Shown in pieces: positions 63,041 through 64,000 of a DNA stretch of 64,000 nucleotides. Under the pieces are notes generated by a model that was given only the letters and a program-made list of their open reading frames with translations, made no database searches and was not told where the DNA came from. Both the position numbers and the translations under genes were made by a program. Source of the DNA: an uncultured Bacilli bacterium (GTDB lineage Bacteria > Bacillota_I > Bacilli_A > RF39 > UBA660); assembly GCA_934098565.1 (NCBI GenBank), contig CAKOON010000001.1, forward strand, positions 300,275 to 364,274, written 5' to 3'. The number at the start of each line of letters is the position of its first letter. Position 1 is the stretch's first letter.

Positions 63041-64000
63041 TATTATTCTCTCCTGCACTTATATCATCTTTAGGTAAAGTCTCACTACTTGGTTTCGTCA
63101 AAGTATAAGTTTTTAATTTCTCATTAGAGGCATTAAAAGTATTAACAATAACATTATTACCACTGATACTAGCACTTACCATATTATATAATTTATAAAT
63201 ATCAGATTCTTCTGGTAACAATATTTCTTCTGAAGATATTTCAGTATTATCATATAAGTAAACATGAACCTTATTATCATTATCAATAGCCAAGTACAAG
63301 GACTCCCCAACTAATTTAATAACTTTATAAGATTTCTTAGTTATTTTTTTAGGATTATCATCACCATTATCACTATAAATTTCAAAGGATTCATTATTTT
63401 TAACAACAAAGTATTTACCACTAAAATCATATATTTTAGAACTTAAAGCAATACTTGAAGAGTCACTATTAAAGAGAATTTGATATTTGTTATTCTTAGC
63501 TACTTCAATATAAGTGCCAATACGCTCCATACGATCATAGACAAAGTCATAAGTTTTGGTAATACCATTACTATCAATATTAATAACCCCGAATTTATCG
63601 CTCTTATTTTTAACGATGATATTATCTAATTTAGGGACAAATTCTAATGTGGTACTATGAGTACCAATAGAAATATGTTTATAAGTTGCTAGAGTATTCT
63701 TTTTATACAAATCATAAACTTTGGCTTCACCATCAGAACCGTTCATATCATCATTGATGAAGACATAACGATTATCAATGATTGGCAAGATTTCATTAGC
63801 TAAAAGCCCATTTTTGTTGTTTTTAAAGTTATCATCAAAGGAGTAATTACTAGCTATTTTACAGTTTTTTAACTCTTCACTACTTGTAAAATCATTCTTA
63901 TTAGTACAAGTATAGCTACCTAAAAGATTAGTTTTTTCGATATCACTATAGAAGTATAAGATACCATCAAAATTACTATAATAACTAATACTTTTGGAAA
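63024..64000 (-). CDS. WG-repeat-like protein, 5'-truncated by the window edge
   Basis: The frame of the 254-aa track ORF stays open (no stop) up to position 63998 (...SYTCTNKNDFTSSEELKNCKIASNYSFDDNF...ILPIIDNRY). The TTG at 63788 is therefore probably internal. Contains DKFGVINIDSNGITKTYDFVYD, a KWG-type repeat. Confidence 0.6.
   Translation of the reverse strand, partial: SKSISYYSNFDGILYFYSDIEKTNLLGSYTCTNKNDFTSSEELKNCKIASNYSFDDNFKNNKNGLLANEILPIIDNRYVFINDDMNGSDGEAKVYDLYKKNTLATYKHISIGTHSTTLEFVPKLDNIIVKNKSDKFGVINIDSNGITKTYDFVYDRMERIGTYIEVAKNNKYQILFNSDSSSIALSSKIYDFSGKYFVVKNNESFEIYSDNGDDNPKKITKKSYKVIKLVGESLYLAIDNDNKVHVYLYDNTEISSEEILLPEESDIYKLYNMVSASISGNNVIVNTFNASNEKLKTYTLTKPSSETLPKDDISAGENNNETQE

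Overview
Visibly AT-rich, gene-dense chromosomal segment from a low-GC Gram-positive (Bacillota-type) bacterium. I call about 76 protein genes, 2 tRNAs, 1 T-box leader, 2 gene remnants and a handful of promoters and terminators. All but 11 CDSs are on the minus strand. Most of the window is housekeeping, arranged in blocks that match Bacillus subtilis gene order. These are tgt; pbpB-ftsL-rsmH; efp/rpmG; trxA-cvpA/rnhC; cotE; miaA-mutL; yqeG-yqeH; holA-comEC-comEA; rpsP-khpA; tig; the greA-yrrO-yrrN-yrrM-mltG-yrzB-ruvX block; ylbL/ylbJ; mtaB; and murG-murB-divIB. Sporulation-type markers (cotE, a YjcZ-like tiny protein, ylbJ-like, an SEDS protein, a polysaccharide deacetylase) suggest a spore-former or a descendant of one. 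The standard genetic code fits, since the long ORFs are intact. No CRISPR array, rRNA, intact transposase or prophage was seen. Between the conserved blocks lie several lineage-specific inserts, which are the candidates for new biology. (1) A MerR-regulated three-gene operon ends in an orphan, soluble, VirD4/TraG-like P-loop protein. (2) A 471-aa protein carries a RelE/ParE(Gp49)-like C-terminal domain at the position where mraZ normally sits. (3) A TPR protein and a small neighbour share a C-terminal module. (4) A short AlaRS is coupled to a dNMP-kinase-like gene, while the canonical alaS locus holds tRNA genes. (5) A decayed islet lies between holA and comEC. (6) A seven-gene surface cluster contains an atypical sortase B and a substrate with a non-canonical sorting signal. 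(7) A 500-bp intergenic region carries two near-identical palindromic hairpins plus TTGAC direct repeats, next to three uncharacterised secreted proteins. All family assignments rest on motif recognition by eye. No database search was run.
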